Positions 50,045 through 64,000 of a stretch of 64,000 nt of DNA are shown here, piece after piece. A program made the translations under genes and the position numbers. The stretch's first letter is position 1, and every line of letters begins with the position of its first letter. Source of the stretch: Heterodontus francisci (lineage: Eukaryota). The DNA lies in the NCBI RefSeq assembly GCF_036365525.1, contig NC_090399.1:53414430-53478429 (forward strand), given 5' to 3'. The notes beneath the pieces were generated by a model. It was given only the letters and a program-made list of their open reading frames with translations. It made no database searches and was not told the DNA's origin.

Positions 50045-51925
50045 TTTTGTTTTACTCATTTATGGGGATGTGGATGTTGCTGGCCAGGCCAGCATTTATT
50101 TCCCATCTCTAATTGCCCTTCCGAAGCTGGTGGTGAGCTGCCTTCTTGGAACAGCTTCAGTCCATGTGGGGTAGGTAAACCCACAGTGCTGTTAGGAAGG
50201 GAGTTCCAGGATTTTGACCCAGTGACAGTGAAGGAACGGTTCCAAGTCAGGATGGTGTGTGACTTGGAGGGAACTTGCAGGTGGTGGTGTTCCCATGCAT
50301 CTCCTGCCCTTGTCCTAGTTGGTAGAGGTCGCAGGTTTGGAAGGTGCTATCTAAGGAACCTTACATTACTGAAGTGCATCTTGTAGATGGTACACACTGC
50401 TGCTACTGTGCGTCGGTGGTGGAGGGAGTGAATGTTTGTCCTGGATGGTGTCGAACTTCTTGAGTGTTGTTGGAGCAGCACCCATCCAGGCAAGTGGAGA
50501 GTATTCCATTATACTCCATTCCACTCATGCCTCACAAGCCTTATTGAATTCTTTGAAGATGTGACAAAACACATTGATGAAGGAAGAGCAGTGGATGTGG
50601 TGTATATGGATTTTAGCAAGGCGTTTGATAAGGTTCCCCATGGTAGGCTCATTCAGAAAGTAAGGAGGCATGGGATACAGGGAAAGTTGGCTGTCTGGAT
50701 ACAGAATTGGCTGGCCCATAGAAGTCAGAGGGTGGTAGTAGATGGAAAGTATTCAGCATGGAGCTTGGTAACCAGTGGTGTTCCGCAGGGATCTGTTCTG
50801 GGACCTCTGCTCTTTGTGATTTTTATAAATGACTTGGATGAGGAAGTGGAAGGCTGGGTTAGCAAGTTTGCCGATGGCACGAAGGTTGCTGGAGTTGTGG
50901 ATAGTGTGGAAGGCTGTTGTAGGTTGCAACGGGACAGCAGAGCTGGGCTGAGAAGTGGCAGATGGAGTTCAACCTGGAAAAGTGTGAAGTGATTCATTTT
51001 GGAAGGTCGAATTTGAATGCGGAATACAGGCTTAAAGACAGAATTCTTGGTAGTGTGGAGGAACAGAGGGATGTTGGGGTCCATGTCCATAGATCGCTCA
51101 AAGTTGCCACCCAAGTTGATAGGGTTGTTAAGAAGGCGTATGGTGTGTTGGCTTTCACTAACAGGGGGATTGAGTTTAAGAGCCACGAGGTTATGCTGCA
51201 GCTCTATAAGGTCCTGGTTCGACCACACTTGGAATATTGTGTTCAGTTCTGGTCTCCTCATTATAGGAAGGATGTGGAAGCTTTAGAGAGGGTGCAGAGG
51301 AGATTTACCAGGATGCTGCCTGGACTGGAGGGCATGTCCTACGAAGAAAGATTGAGGGAGCTAGGGCTTTTCTCATTGGAGCGAAGAAGGATGAGAGGTG
51401 ACTTGATAGAGGGGTATAAGATGATGAGAGGCATAGAGTGGACAGCCAGAGACTTTTTCCCAGGGTGGAAAGGGCTATCACCAGGGGGCATCATTTTAAG
51501 GTGATTGGAGGAAGGTTTCAGGGAGATGTCAGAGGTAGGTTCTTTACACAGAGAGTGGTGGGTGCATGGAATGCGCTGCCAGCGGTGGTAGTGGAAGCAG
51601 ATACATTAGGGGTATTTAAGCGACTCTTGGATAGGTACATGGATGATAGTAGAATGAAGGGTAGGTAGTTACTTAGATCTTAGAGTAGGTTAAAGGTTCG
51701 GCACAACATCATGGGCCGAAGGGCCTGTACTGTGCTGTATTGTTCTATGTTCTATGTTCTATGTCCTGACTTGTGCCTTGTAGATGGTGGACAGGTTTTG
51801 GGGAGTCAGGAGGTGAGTTACTCTCCGCAGGATTCCAAGCATCTCACCTGCTCTTGTAGCCATGCTATTTATATGGCTACTCCAGTTCAGTTTCTGGTCA
51901 ATGGTAACCCCCAGGCTGTTGATGT
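50045..51925 (-). mobile_element. CR1/L2-group LINE 3' end (same family as 15543-17096), split by a CR1 insertion
   Basis: 50045-50520 and 51763-51925 match consecutive parts of 15550-16200. Confidence 0.8.
50525..51762 (+). mobile_element. 5'-truncated CR1 LINE
   Basis: [26 protein letters not shown] with frameshifts; (TTCTATG)n tail. Confidence 0.93.
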
Positions 51926-52442
51926 GTGAGGGCTCTGGAGGTGTGAAGAAAGGGGCAAGATTTAGTGATGATCTTTGAAAGTGTTGAATGAATCATGAAT
52001 CATGAATCACTGGATCAGATGGTGTTCTGAAGCCCACTGAAGGTGCAGTTGTTTTGTGGGTGACGCTGGTCTGAAAGATGAATGCAGTCACCCTGCTTCT
52101 CTGATCTTCCAGCCTCGCCACCTCCAATGCTGAGTGTGCTTGAGATGTCGCTGATCTCAAGTACACCATCCTCCACGAAGGACTTCAGCTATTGCCTCAA
52201 CCCTCCTCCAGTCCTGACCCTGTCTCTGGCATCCTGCACTCTCTTCTCCTGCAAGGGGCATACAAGTGGCTCGCAGGAATGTATGCATCCTATGGATGTA
52301 CTGCTTTTGGTGAAGGTAACAATCAGGTAGAGGCATAAGGAATGGGAATAGCAAATAGATGATAAATACCTGGTAGTTCAAGGTAATAGGGAGAACAGGT
52401 GTTGAGTGTTAATTAGTTAATTGTATTCAAATGTGTATGTAT

Positions 52443-53300
52443 TGTTATGATCCTGTAGTTTTTTCCCCCAGCGAATATGCGGTGTGCCTTTAAGGCTTGC
52501 AAAGGATCAGTACTGCTTTAAGAACCAGCAAGCCTCAGGAGTTGGAGAAAGTGCATTTTTGGTTGCCGTTGGAAACAGACATTTGGAGACTGCAATTCAA
52601 AGGTTGCATTTTCATTATCTTGGATACAGCCACTGGGGCTTAGCATCGAGTGATACATTTGTTACAATTCAATTTTGAACTGTTTTTTTAGTTGATGACA
52701 GTCTGTTCTAACAGTACACAAACAGACAGCTGCTGTCAGCACCCGAAAGAAGAGCTCACAGAAGAGAATTTGGTCTGTTTAATTATTATCTCTCAAAATT
52801 CTAAAAAGAAATCAAGCCAAAACAGAGATCTCTGATAATTTAAAGTGAAGGAAGGGAAGTTAGACTGTCACAATCTTTTATCCCTCAAGAACTCTAAAAT
52901 CATATTGTGTCTATTGAAAGTGTTTGCAAGTTGTTAATTGTTGAAATCCATCGCTGAAGAAGGAAAGCATCACTTACTGCTGGAATTAGACTGTGGACTG
53001 TTACACTGTTGAAGAACTTTTTTTACCATTTCTATTTTTAATGTTGTTTATATCTTCATAATGTTAAATAATTTAGTTTTTCTAATTAAACAGTTAATTT
53101 GCTGATTTAAAGACACCTGGTTTGGTTAGCCTCATTTGGGGGTTAATAGATCATACAATTTGGCTGAGTCTTTCTTTAATTTGGAAAGTTTAAAATGATA
53201 TGTTAGGCGATCTGTGGAGGGACGGGATTGACTTATCAGTACGTTTCTCCCACCACAATCAGAATTGTATATTTTGACTGGGGGGCTTTGACTGGAGTGG
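52443..53300 (+). mobile_element. Solo LTR-like repeat
   Basis: Starts TGTTATGA; its 3' part (ACCTGGTTTGGT..CTGTGGAG..CTCCCACC) resembles the LTR ending at 22318. Confidence 0.5.
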
Positions 53301-56300
53301 TTGTATAAAGGAGAGCCAGCCAACAATGGCTGTGTGTTGTTAGGAGTGGAGAAGTAAGCTCTGTGTCAAGCAATAAACAGTCTCTGCCTAGGTTCCCTGG
53401 TGTCGGTGTCTTCTTCACCCACAGGCTTGTAAGTTCTATTAAAATTGGTAGCAGAGCATGGTTGCCTGAAAGTGAAGATTGGAGACTGAGATTTGTTTTC
53501 AGACAGGGGAAGGCTGTAATTGGAGTTTTTTTTGAAGAAAGGTGACTGAAACCAGGTGTAAGGTATCGGGATATGATTTCCCACTGCTGTTTTGTGAAGC
53601 TGAGCTTACAATCAATGGAAGAATGAAGTTGATATATGGACACGGGTTATGTCTTTACCAAAAAGGAAGCAAGGAATAGCCCTTGCACTTTCACTTCCTG
53701 CCAGAAGCAAGATCAGGGGCAAAGTGTTCTCGAAGCTAAAGGTTCATCATTTGGACAATGAGGAAAGTTTGAACAATCTCTTAAAATTTATGAAAAGAAT
53801 TTATATGTACGATGACTTATTAAGTGCCTATGAGGTGTGGTTGGACTTTGATAAAATTTAGAAAAATAGATGGTTCTTCCATCGAAGAATATATTATGTA
53901 ATTTAACTGATTATATGCAACGTTGCAGCGATTCTTGTTGGAAATTCCTCGATCAAACTGCCTTCAAATTGTTGGATTGTGCTGGGATATCGAACATGGA
54001 TAGGCTCTTGGTATTAACCGGAGTTAAATTTAAGGAAAGATATATGCTTTTTGATCAGATATTTGACGCTCTGAAAAAAATTTTGGGAAAACATTCCTTC
54101 CCGGCTGCTTTCATGGCGCAAGTGGGCTCTTCAACGGTGACACCTAAGGTGGAGGATGCAATGCTAGCAGCATTTCGAGGCCGTTCAAATATGGGGACCA
54201 AACGTCAGTACGAAAGGAGAATCACACACAAAGTGAATGAGGGTAGAGACCCTTTCAGCAGCTATAACAGACAGCAGGAATTGGGTGATTATGGCAGAAG
54301 GATGAACCCCAGGAATAACCAAGGGGTGGTCAACAAGTGTTTCCGACGTGACTCAAAGTATCACCATGTGTTGCATTGTCCAAAAAGGGATAACAGAGTT
54401 TTTGAGATGACACATGACGTGGAAGGTTTGGAAGGTGAGGATGACGATACTGATCAATCAGAAGGAATTGTGCTGGTCACGAGGAGCTTCTGTCCAGTAA
54501 TGAGTGTCCTACCCGGAGTTTCGTTAAATTGTGCAGTACGAGATAATGGGTGTACATCCACAATATGTGAAGTGGACAGGTTGAGGATTCTTATGGATTC
54601 TTTAAGTAAGGAAGACCAAAGTAAGGTCAAAGGATATGACAGTTCTACCTGCTTCAGGTTTAGGGATGACAACAGGTTGAAATCAGTAAAAAGAGTGGTA
54701 ATTCCGTGTAAAATAGCAGGGGTAAACCATTTTATTAGTATGGATGTATCCAGTGATATACCTTTGCTGTTAAGTAAACTGTCTATGCAAAAGGCTCGGA
54801 TGAAATTGGATATGAAATATGATAAGGCAATTGTCTTAGGGAAATCTGTAGCTTTGCAGTTTACACAGTTGGGACAGAATCGTATTCCTTTAGCGAGACC
54901 TAACATCTCGAAGCAGGATGTTAAAGAAGTATTAATGGCCTCGGGGGTAGGGATTTAAAGGAGAAAAGGCAAATTATTTCAAAACTACATCAACTGTTTG
55001 CACATCCACCCTGTCATGGCTTGAAGATTCTGTTAAAAGATGCAGGGGTAATAGATGATGACAACACTAAACATATCGAAGATCTCAGTGAAAAATGTGA
55101 TATCTGTTAAAAAGAAAATACAGGAGGACGTCATCGCGACCCCTAGTGAGCCTTCCATTAGTAAGGGACTTTAATGAAACCGTAGCGATGGGCTTGAAGG
55201 TATAGGATAAAGACAAAAACATTTTTTATTCTGCACTTCATAGACAAAGCGACTGGATTCAGTCTGTCAATGGTCATTTACAGTAAAGACAAAAATGTAA
55301 TAGTGGACAAGATAATGGAAAGGTGGATAGGAACGGGATTGGGAGCACTGGCTATGTTTCTAAGTGACAATGGTGGAGAATTTGCCAATGATGAGTTCAG
55401 GAGTATGTGTGAAAATATAAATATTGCAGCAATGCACACGGCAGCAGGAAGTCCTTTTAGTAATGGGATTTGTGAGAGAAATCAGGCCGTGATTGATGAA
55501 ATGCTTCGAAAAATTTTATCCGATCAGCCAAATTGTAAATTGACTACAGCTCAGGCATGGACAGTGCATGTGAAAAACATGCTTCAAATGGTCGGGGAGC
55601 TACAGCTCTTATCAATTAGTTTATGGCAGGAATCTGAAAATAACTTCTGGAACGAGGGATCATCCCCCGCCTTTAGAGGGGACTACAATTAGTTCAATTT
55701 TTCCAGGACATTTGAATGCCATGCATGCAGGGAGAAGAACATTTATTAATGCAGAGGTTTCAGAAAAGATCAGGAGAGCTTTGAGGTATCAGGCCATCAG
55801 GAAAGATTTTTAGTACTGGGGATATGCGGAATTACGAAAGAGAAATACATCAGACCTTTGTGAGCAACAGACTGTGGCTGATAATGGGCTGACTGAGAGT
55901 GGACCAAGTGATAGTGAAGATCCAGATAAGGCCATTTATCCCAAATATCAACGACTGAAAGTGGGAACTAGAGTGACGTATATGCCAGAAGGGACTAATG
56001 AATGGAGGGAAGCCACCATTATAGGAAGGGCAGGAAAGGCCACAGGGAAATACAAACATTGGCTGAATGTACAAGACAAGGGAGAGGATATCAGACCTAT
56101 CGATTGGCAGAAGGAAGTGAAAATGTGGAAGGCCAGAAAACATAGTGTAAGTTCAGGCAGTGGGCCAGAAGGTGATCATAGTGCCAGGAAAAGGTCACGA
56201 CCATGTGAAAGGAAGTTTGGTTGTAGGTGGGACAGATCAAGTAGTAGCATTCCTGAAAGGGATAGGAAATTTAGTAGGGAACATGGTTTCACAAGAGCAA

Positions 56301-56925
56301 GGACCAGAGAGCTGGCGAGGAGTGCCACAAGATGTAAGAGCCCCTACAATAGAGGAACACTAGTGGCTACTAACAAGTTAGATGGTAAATTGGTAAAGGG
56401 CGCGAAGCAAAAAGAGCTTGGCAGTTGGAGAGAGTTTGGTGCATGCACGGAGGTGCCAAATAGAGGACAACCAGCATTGTCCCATAGGTGGGTCTGTACA
56501 GAGAAAGTACTTCCCAATGGTATGTATAAAGCTAAGGCCAGACTTGTAGTTCGGGAATTTGAGGAGCGACTAGGCGACCAAGAAGTTAGAACGGACTCCC
56601 CAACAGCAGGAAAAGCAAGTTTGAGGATTTTAGCCACACTCATGGGAATGTAAGTCCACTGACATCAAAGCAGCAATTGTGCAAGGGAAGAAATTTCAAA
56701 AGGAAGTATTTTTAACGCCACCAAAAGAAGCTGGAGATACAGAAGGGAAATTATGGAAGCTAAACAAGTGTGTTTATGGGCGAAATGATACAACCAGGGT
56801 GTGGTATTTTTCAGTTAGCTTCGTCCTACTAAAAGCTGGTTATATTCAGCTAGAAATTGATCCGGCAATGTTTTATTGGTACTGTGAAGAAAAACTAGCA
56901 GGCATTTTCTTGCTGCATGTGGTCA
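53300..56925 (+). mobile_element. Decayed Ty1/copia LTR retrotransposon (GalEa-like)
   Basis: PBS TGGTAGCAGAGCATGGTT (53446-53463, tRNA-iMet). Then gag with a zinc knuckle (CFRRDSKYHHVLHC), protease (DNGCTSTIC), integrase (SDNGGEF..SNGICER) and RT (KARLVVR, KLNKCVYG, WY). INT precedes RT. Confidence 0.88.
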
Positions 56926-57114
56926 TTATTATATTGCCATTTGTGGGAGCTTGCTGTGCACAATGTGTTTGCTGTGATTCTCACATTACAACAGTGCTGA
57001 CACTTCACAAAAACTCCATTGGCTGGATAGCACTTTGGGGTGTCTAGTGTCATTAAAGCAAATCTTTCTTTCTTTAAAATCAGGGACACCTTGTCCGAGA
57101 AAGAACCAATTCAC

Positions 57115-57930
57115 ACATACGCTCCCCACCCTTTCACACACACACTCTACCCCATCCAACTCCCCACCCTTTCACACACACACTGTACCCCATCCAACTC
57201 CCCACCCTTTCACACACACACTGTAAGGCATCCAATTCTCCGCCCTTTCACACACACACACTGTACCCCATCCAACTCCCCACCCTTTCACACACACATA
57301 CTGTACCCATCCAACTCCTCAGCCTTTCACACACACACACTGTACTCCATTCAACTCCCCACCCTTTCACACACACTGTACCCCATCCGCCTCGCCACCA
57401 TTGCACACACACACTGTAACGCATCCAATTCTCCACACATTCACACGCACACTGTACCCCATCCAACTCCCCACCCTTTCACACACACATACTGTACCCA
57501 TCCAACTCCTCAACCTTTCACACACACATACTGTACCCCATTCAACTCCCCACCCTTTCACACACACTGTACCCCATCCGCCTCGCCACCATTGCACACA
57601 CACACTGTAACGCATCCAATTCTCCACACATTCACACGCACACTGTACCCCATCCAACTCCTCACCCTTTCACACACACACTGTACCCCCATTCAACTCC
57701 CACACTTACACACACACACTGTACCCCATCCAACTCCTCACCCTTTCACACACACACTGTACCCCCATTCAACTCGCACACTTACACACACACACTGTAC
57801 CCCATCCAACTCCTCATCCTTTCACACACACACACACTGTACCCCATCCAACTCCGCAACCTTTCACACACACACTGTGCCCTATCCAACTCCCTACCCT
57901 TTCACACACACACTATGCCCATCCAAAGCC
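57115..57930. repeat. CA-rich ~40 bp minisatellite
   Basis: CTGTACCCCATCCAACTCCCCACCCTTT(CA)n units. Confidence 0.92.
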
Positions 57931-58354
57931 TACCCACCCTGCTCAAGGCAATATCTCATCCCTTAGAAATATTTGTAAATCCCTCGATGGCTTCACTCCT
58001 CCCAAACTGTGACTTTGTCCAACCCTACAAGCCTCTAAAATCTCCGCTCTCCTCCAAGTCTGTCCTCTTGCTCTTCACAGATTATAATCGTTCTGAACTT
58101 TGCAGCCAAGGCTGTATTACTCCCTTTCTAAATTACTATCACTCTTCCATTACCACATTCCTTTAAAATCTAACTCTTTGGCTAAGCCTTTGTTCACCAA
58201 TCAGCTGACAAGCTTGTGCCCCAATCCAGACCTGTGACTCTCAGGGTTCCCAGGTCTTGGTGTTATTAATAACTGGCCTTGTGCTGCATTCTGCTCAGAA
58301 TCCAATTTCAGTGACAGTGGCACGAGTTCCAAAAGGTGCTGCTGCAGTTCACAG

Positions 58355-61300
58355 TGCAAGAGAAACCTCTGCTAGATACCAAATCAATATCAAGAGAGAA
58401 ACCTCTGCGAGACCACAAATCAACAACACAAGAGAAACCTCTGCTAGATACCAAATCAATATCAAGAGAGAAACCTCTGCGAGACCACAAATCAACAACA
58501 CAAGAGAAACCTCTGCTAGATACCAAATCAATATCAAGAGAGAAACCTCTGCGAGACCACAAATCAACAACACAAGAGAAACCTCTGCTAGATACCAAAT
58601 CAATATCAAGAGAGAAACCTCTGCGAGACCACAAATCAACAACACAAGAGAAACCTCTGCTAGATACCAAATCAATATCAAGAGAGAAACCTCTGCGAGA
58701 CCACAAATCAACAACACAAGAGAAACCTCTGCTAGATACCAAATCAATATCAAGAGAGAAACCTCTGCGAGACCACAAATCAACAACACAAGAGAAACCT
58801 CTGCTAGATACCAAATCAATATCAAGAGAGAAACCTCTGCGAGACCACAAATCAACAACACAAGAGAAACCTCTGCTAGATACCAAATCAATATCAAGAG
58901 AGAAACCTCTGCGAGACCACAAATCAACAACACAAGAGAAACCTCTGCTAGATACCAAATCAATATCAAGAGAGAAACCTCTGCGAGACCACAAATCAAC
59001 AACACAAGAGAAACCTCTGCTAGAACCAAAATCAACAGCACAAGAGAAACCTCTGCTAGATACCAAATCAATATCAAGAGAGAAACCTCTGCGAGACCAC
59101 AAATCAACAACACAAGAGAAACCTCTGCTAGAACCAAAATCAACAGCACAAGAGAAACCTCTGCTAGATACCAAATCAATATCAAGAGAGAAACCTCTGC
59201 TAGACCACAAATCAACAACACAAGAGAAACCTCTGCTAGATACCAAATCAATATCAAGAGAGAAACCTCTGCGAGACCACAAATCAACAACACAAGAGAA
59301 ACCTCTGCTAGATACCAAATCAATATCAAGAGAGAAACCTCTGCGAGACCACAAATCAACAACACAAGAGAAACCTCTGCTAGAACCAAAATCAACAGCA
59401 CAAGAGAAACCTCTGCTAGATACCAAATCAATATCAAGAGAGAAACCTCTGCGAGACCACAAATCAACAACACAAGAGAAACCTCTGCTAGAACCAAAAT
59501 CAACAGCACAAGAGAAACCTCTGCTAGATACCAAATCAATATCAAGAGAGAAACCTCTGCGAGACCACAAATCAACAACACAAGAGAAACCTCTGCTAGA
59601 TACCAAATCAATATCAAGAGAGAAACCTCTGCGAGATCACAAATCAACAACACAAGAGAAACCTCTGCTAGATACCAAATCAATATCAAGAGAGAAACCT
59701 CTGCGAGACCACAAATCAACAACACAAGAGAAACCTCTGCTAGAACCAAAATCAACAGCACAAGAGAAACCTCTGCTAGATACCAAATCAATATCAAGAG
59801 AGAAACCTCTGCGAGACCACAAATCAACAACACAAGAGAAACCTCTGCTAGAACCAAAATCAACAGCACAAGAGAAACCTCTGCTAGATACCAAATCAAT
59901 AACAAGAGAGAAACCTCTGCGAGACCACAAATCAACAACACAAGAGAAACCTCTGCTAGATACCAAATCAATATCAAGAGAGAAACCTCTGCGAGACCAC
60001 AAATCAACAACACAAGAGAAACCTCTGTTAGAACCAAAATCAACAGCACAAGAGAAACCTCTGCTAGATACCAAATCAATATCAAGAGAGAAACCTCTGC
60101 GAGATCACAAATCAACAACACAAGAGAAACCTCTGCTAGAACCAAAATCAACAGCACAAGAGAAACCTCTGCTGGACCCCAAATCAACAGCACAAGAGAA
60201 AACTTTGCTCGACCCCAAATCTACAGCACAAGAGAAACCTCTGCTAGACCCCAAATCAACAGCACAAGAGAAACCTCTGCTGGACCCCAAATCAACAGCA
60301 CAAGAGAAAACTCTGCTCGACCCCAAATCAACAGCACAAGAGAAACCTCTGTGAGACCCCAAATCAACAGCAGAAGAGAAACCTCTGTTAGACCTCAAAT
60401 CAACAGCACAAGAGAAACCTCTGCTAGACCCCAAATCAACAGCACAAGGGAAATCTCTGCTAGAGCAATCAACAGCACAAGGGAAACATCCGCAAGTCCC
60501 CAAATCAACAGCACAGGAGAAAACTCTGCTGGACCCCAAATCAACAGCACAGGAGAAACCTCTGCTAGACCCCAAATCAACAGCACCACAGAAATCTCTC
60601 ATAGACCCCAAATCAACAGCACAGGAGAAACCTCTGCTGGACCCCAAATCAACATCACAAGAGAAACCTCAGCGAGACCCCAAATCAACAGTACAAGAGA
60701 AACCTCTGCCAGACCCCAAATCAACAGCACAAGAGAAACCTCGGCTAGACCCCAAATCAACAGCACAAGAGAAACCTCTGCTGGACCAATCAACAGCACA
60801 AGAGAAACCCCTGCCAGACACCAAATCAACAGCACAAGGGAAATCTCTGCTCGAACAATCAACAGCACAAGAGAAACCTCTGCCATACCCCAAATCAACA
60901 GCACAAGAGAAACCTCTGCTAGACCCCAAATCAACATCACAAGAGAAATCAATGCTAGACCCCAAATCAACAGGACCAGATAAACCTCTGCGAGACACCA
61001 AATCAACAGCACAGGAGAAACATCTGCGAGACCCCAAATCAACAGCACAAGAGAAACCTCGGCTAGACCCCAAATCAACAGCACAAGAGAAATCTCTGGA
61101 AGACCCCAAATCAACAGCACAGGAGAAACCTCTGCTGGACCCCAAATCAACATCACAAGAGAAGCCTCTGCTAGACCCCAAATCAACATCAAAAGAGAAA
61201 TTTCTGCTCGACCCCAAATCAACAGCACAAGGGAAATCAATGCTAGACCCCAAATCAACAGCACCAGATAAACCTCTGCTAGACCCCAAATCAACAGCAC

Positions 61301-64000
61301 AGGAGAAACCTCTGCACGACCCCAAATCAACATCCGAAGAGAAATTTCTGCCAGACCCCAAATCAACAGCTCAAGAGAAACCTCTGCTGCACCCCAAATC
61401 AACATCATAAGAGAAACCTCTGTTAGACCCCAAATCAACATCACAAGAGAAACATCTGCTCGACCCCAAATCAACATCACAAGAGAAACATCTGCTCGAC
61501 CCCAAATCAACAGCACAAGAGAAACCTCTGCTGGACCCCAAATCAACAGCACAAGAGAAACCTCTGCCAGACCGCAAATCAACATCAGAAGAGTAACATC
61601 TGCTCGACCCCAAATCAACAGCACAAGAGAAACCTCTGCTGGGCCCCAAATCAACAGCACAAGAGAAACCTCTGTTCGACCCCAAATCAACATCAAAAGA
61701 GAAACATCTGCTAGACCCCAAATCAACAGCACAAGAGAAACCACTGCCAGACCAATCAACAGCACAAGAGAAACCTCTGCTAGACCACAACTCAACAGCA
61801 CAAGAGAAACCTCTGCTAGACCCCAAAACAAAATCACAAGACAAACCTCTGCTGGTCCCCAAATCAACATCATAAGAGAAATTTCTGCTCGACCCCAAAT
61901 CAACATCACAAGAGAAACCTGTTAGACCACAAATCAACATCACAAGAGAAACCTCTGCTCGACCCCAAATCAACAGCACAAGAGAAACCTCTGCTCGACC
62001 CCAAAACAAAATCACAAGACAAACCTCTGCGAGACCCCAAATCAACATCACAAGAGAAACCTGTTAGACCACAAATCAACAGCACAAGAGAAACCTCTGC
62101 TGGACCCCAAATCAACATCATAAGAGAAACCTCTGCTGGACCCCAAATCGACATCATAAGAGAAACCTCTGTTGGAGCCCAAATCAACATCACAAGAGAA
62201 TCCTCTGCTAGACCAATCAACAGCACAAGAGAAACCTCTGCTAGACCCCAAATCAACAGCACAAGGGAAATCTCTGTTCGACCCCAAATCAACAGCATAA
62301 GAGAAAACTCTGCCATACCCCAAATCAACATCATAAGAGAAACATCTGCTAGACCTCAAATCAACAGCACAAGAGAAACCTCTGCTAGACCCCAAATCAA
62401 CAGCACAAGAGAAACCTCTGCTAGACCCCAAATCAACAGCACAAGGGAAACCTCTGCTAGATCCCAAATCAACAGCACAAGAGAAACCTCTGCTGGACCC
62501 CAAATCAACAGCACAAGAGAAACCTCTGCTAGATCCCAAATCAACAGCACAAGAGAAATCTCTGCTGGACCCCAGATCAACAGCACAAGAGAAAACTCTG
62601 CTACACCCCAAATCAACAGCACAAGAGAAACCTCTGCTCGACCCCAAATCAACAGCACAAGAGAAACATTTGCTGGACTCCAAATCAACAGCACAAGAGA
62701 AAACTCTGCTTGACCCCAAATCAACAGCAGAAGAGAAACCTCTGTTAGACCCCAAATCAACAGCACAAGAGAAACCTCTGCTAGACCCCAAATCAACAGC
62801 ACCAGAGAAACCTCTGCTCGACCCCAAATCAACAGCACAGGAGAAACCTCTGCTAGACCCCAAATCAACAGCACAAGAGAAACCTCTGCTAGACCCCAAA
62901 TCAACAGCACAGGAGAAACCTCTGCTAGACCCCAAATCAACAGCACAGGAGAAACCTCTGCTAGACCCCAAATCAAAAGCACCAGAGAAACCTCTGCTCG
63001 ACCCCAAATCAACAGGACAGGAGAAACCTCTGCTAGACCCCAAATCAACAGCACAGGAGAAACCTCTGCGAGACCCCAAATCAACAGCTCAGGAGAAACC
63101 TCTGCTAGACCCCAAATTAACATCATCAGGGAAACCTCTGCTAGTCCCCAAATCAACAGCTCAGGAGAAACCTCTGCCAGACCCCAAATCAACATCATAA
63201 GGGAAACCTCTGCTAGACCCCAAATCAACAGCACAAGAGAAACCTCTGCGAGAACGCAAATCAACAGCACAGGAGAAACCTCTGCTAGACCCCAAATCAA
63301 AAGCACCAGAGAAACCTCTGCTCGACCCCAAATCAACAGGACAGGAGAAACCTCTGCTAGACCCCAAATCAACAGCACAGGAGAAACCTCTGCGAGACCC
63401 CAAATCAACAGCTCAGGAGAAACCTCTGCTAGACCCCAAATTAACATCATCAGGGAAACCTCTGCTAGTCCCCAAATCAACAGCTCAGGAGAAACCTCTG
63501 CCAGACCCCAAATCAACATCATAAGGGAAACCTCTGCTAGACCCCAAATCAACAGCACAAGAGAAACCTCTGCGAGAACGCAAATCAACAGCACAAGAGA
63601 AACCTCTGCTAGACCCCAAATCAACAGCTCAGGAGAAACCTCTGTTCGACCACAAATCAACAGCACAAGAGAAACCTCTGCTAGACGGCAAATCAACAGC
63701 ACAAGAGAAACCTCTGCCAGACACCAAATCAACAGCACAAGGGAAATCTCTGCTCGAACAATCAACAGCACAAGAGAAACCTCTGCCATTCCCCAAATCA
63801 ACAGCACAAGAGAAACCTCTGCTAGACCACAAATCAACATCACAAGAGAAACCTCTGCTGGACCCCAAATCAACAGCACCAGAGAAACCACTGCCAGACC
63901 AATCAACAGCACAAGAGAAACCTCTGATAGACCCCAAAACAAAATCACAAGACAAACCTCTTCTAGACCCCAAATCAACAGCAATGGAGAAACCTCTGCA
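58355..64000. repeat. 36-bp A/C-rich minisatellite, >5.6 kb, running off the window
   Basis: Unit CAAGAGAAACCTCTGCTAGACCCCAAATCAACAGCA with dimeric and trimeric higher-order structure at its left end. Confidence 0.97.

Noticed and set aside
58257-60983. 908-aa ORF of RETSARPQINST repeats that looks like a mucin or surface protein
   Set aside because: The 36-bp unit is stop-free in several frames on both strands, the start is not ATG, and the frame breaks randomly further along the array. It is a repeat artefact.

Overview
Vertebrate genomic DNA, most likely from a shark or other cartilaginous fish (inferred from HE1-like V-SINE, SacSINE/Deu-like SINE, CR1 and Penelope-derived repeats, and a shark-type class I sequence). 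One real host gene spans about 40 kb on the + strand: a divergent non-classical MHC class I heavy chain. Its exons are leader 5872-5923, alpha1 8436-8696, alpha2 24066-24341, alpha3 24459-24737 and TM 36202-36321, with candidate cytoplasmic exons at 40409-40740 and/or 44907-44932. All junctions are phase 1 GT-AG and the frame is open. An ISRE + X-box + Y-box promoter module lies about 200-250 bp upstream. The groove has lost the alpha2 C101-C164 disulfide and has a basic A pocket. The long tail exon runs directly into a frameshifted C-terminal remnant of an interferon-induced very large GTPase (GVIN1/URGCP family). The rest is nested transposons (CR1/L2-group LINEs, Gypsy, Penelope-like elements with decayed hammerhead motifs, a Ty1/copia element, SINEs) and large minisatellites, one of which is a ~29-copy array of a degenerate hammerhead core. 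Most long ORFs in the track are repeat artefacts.
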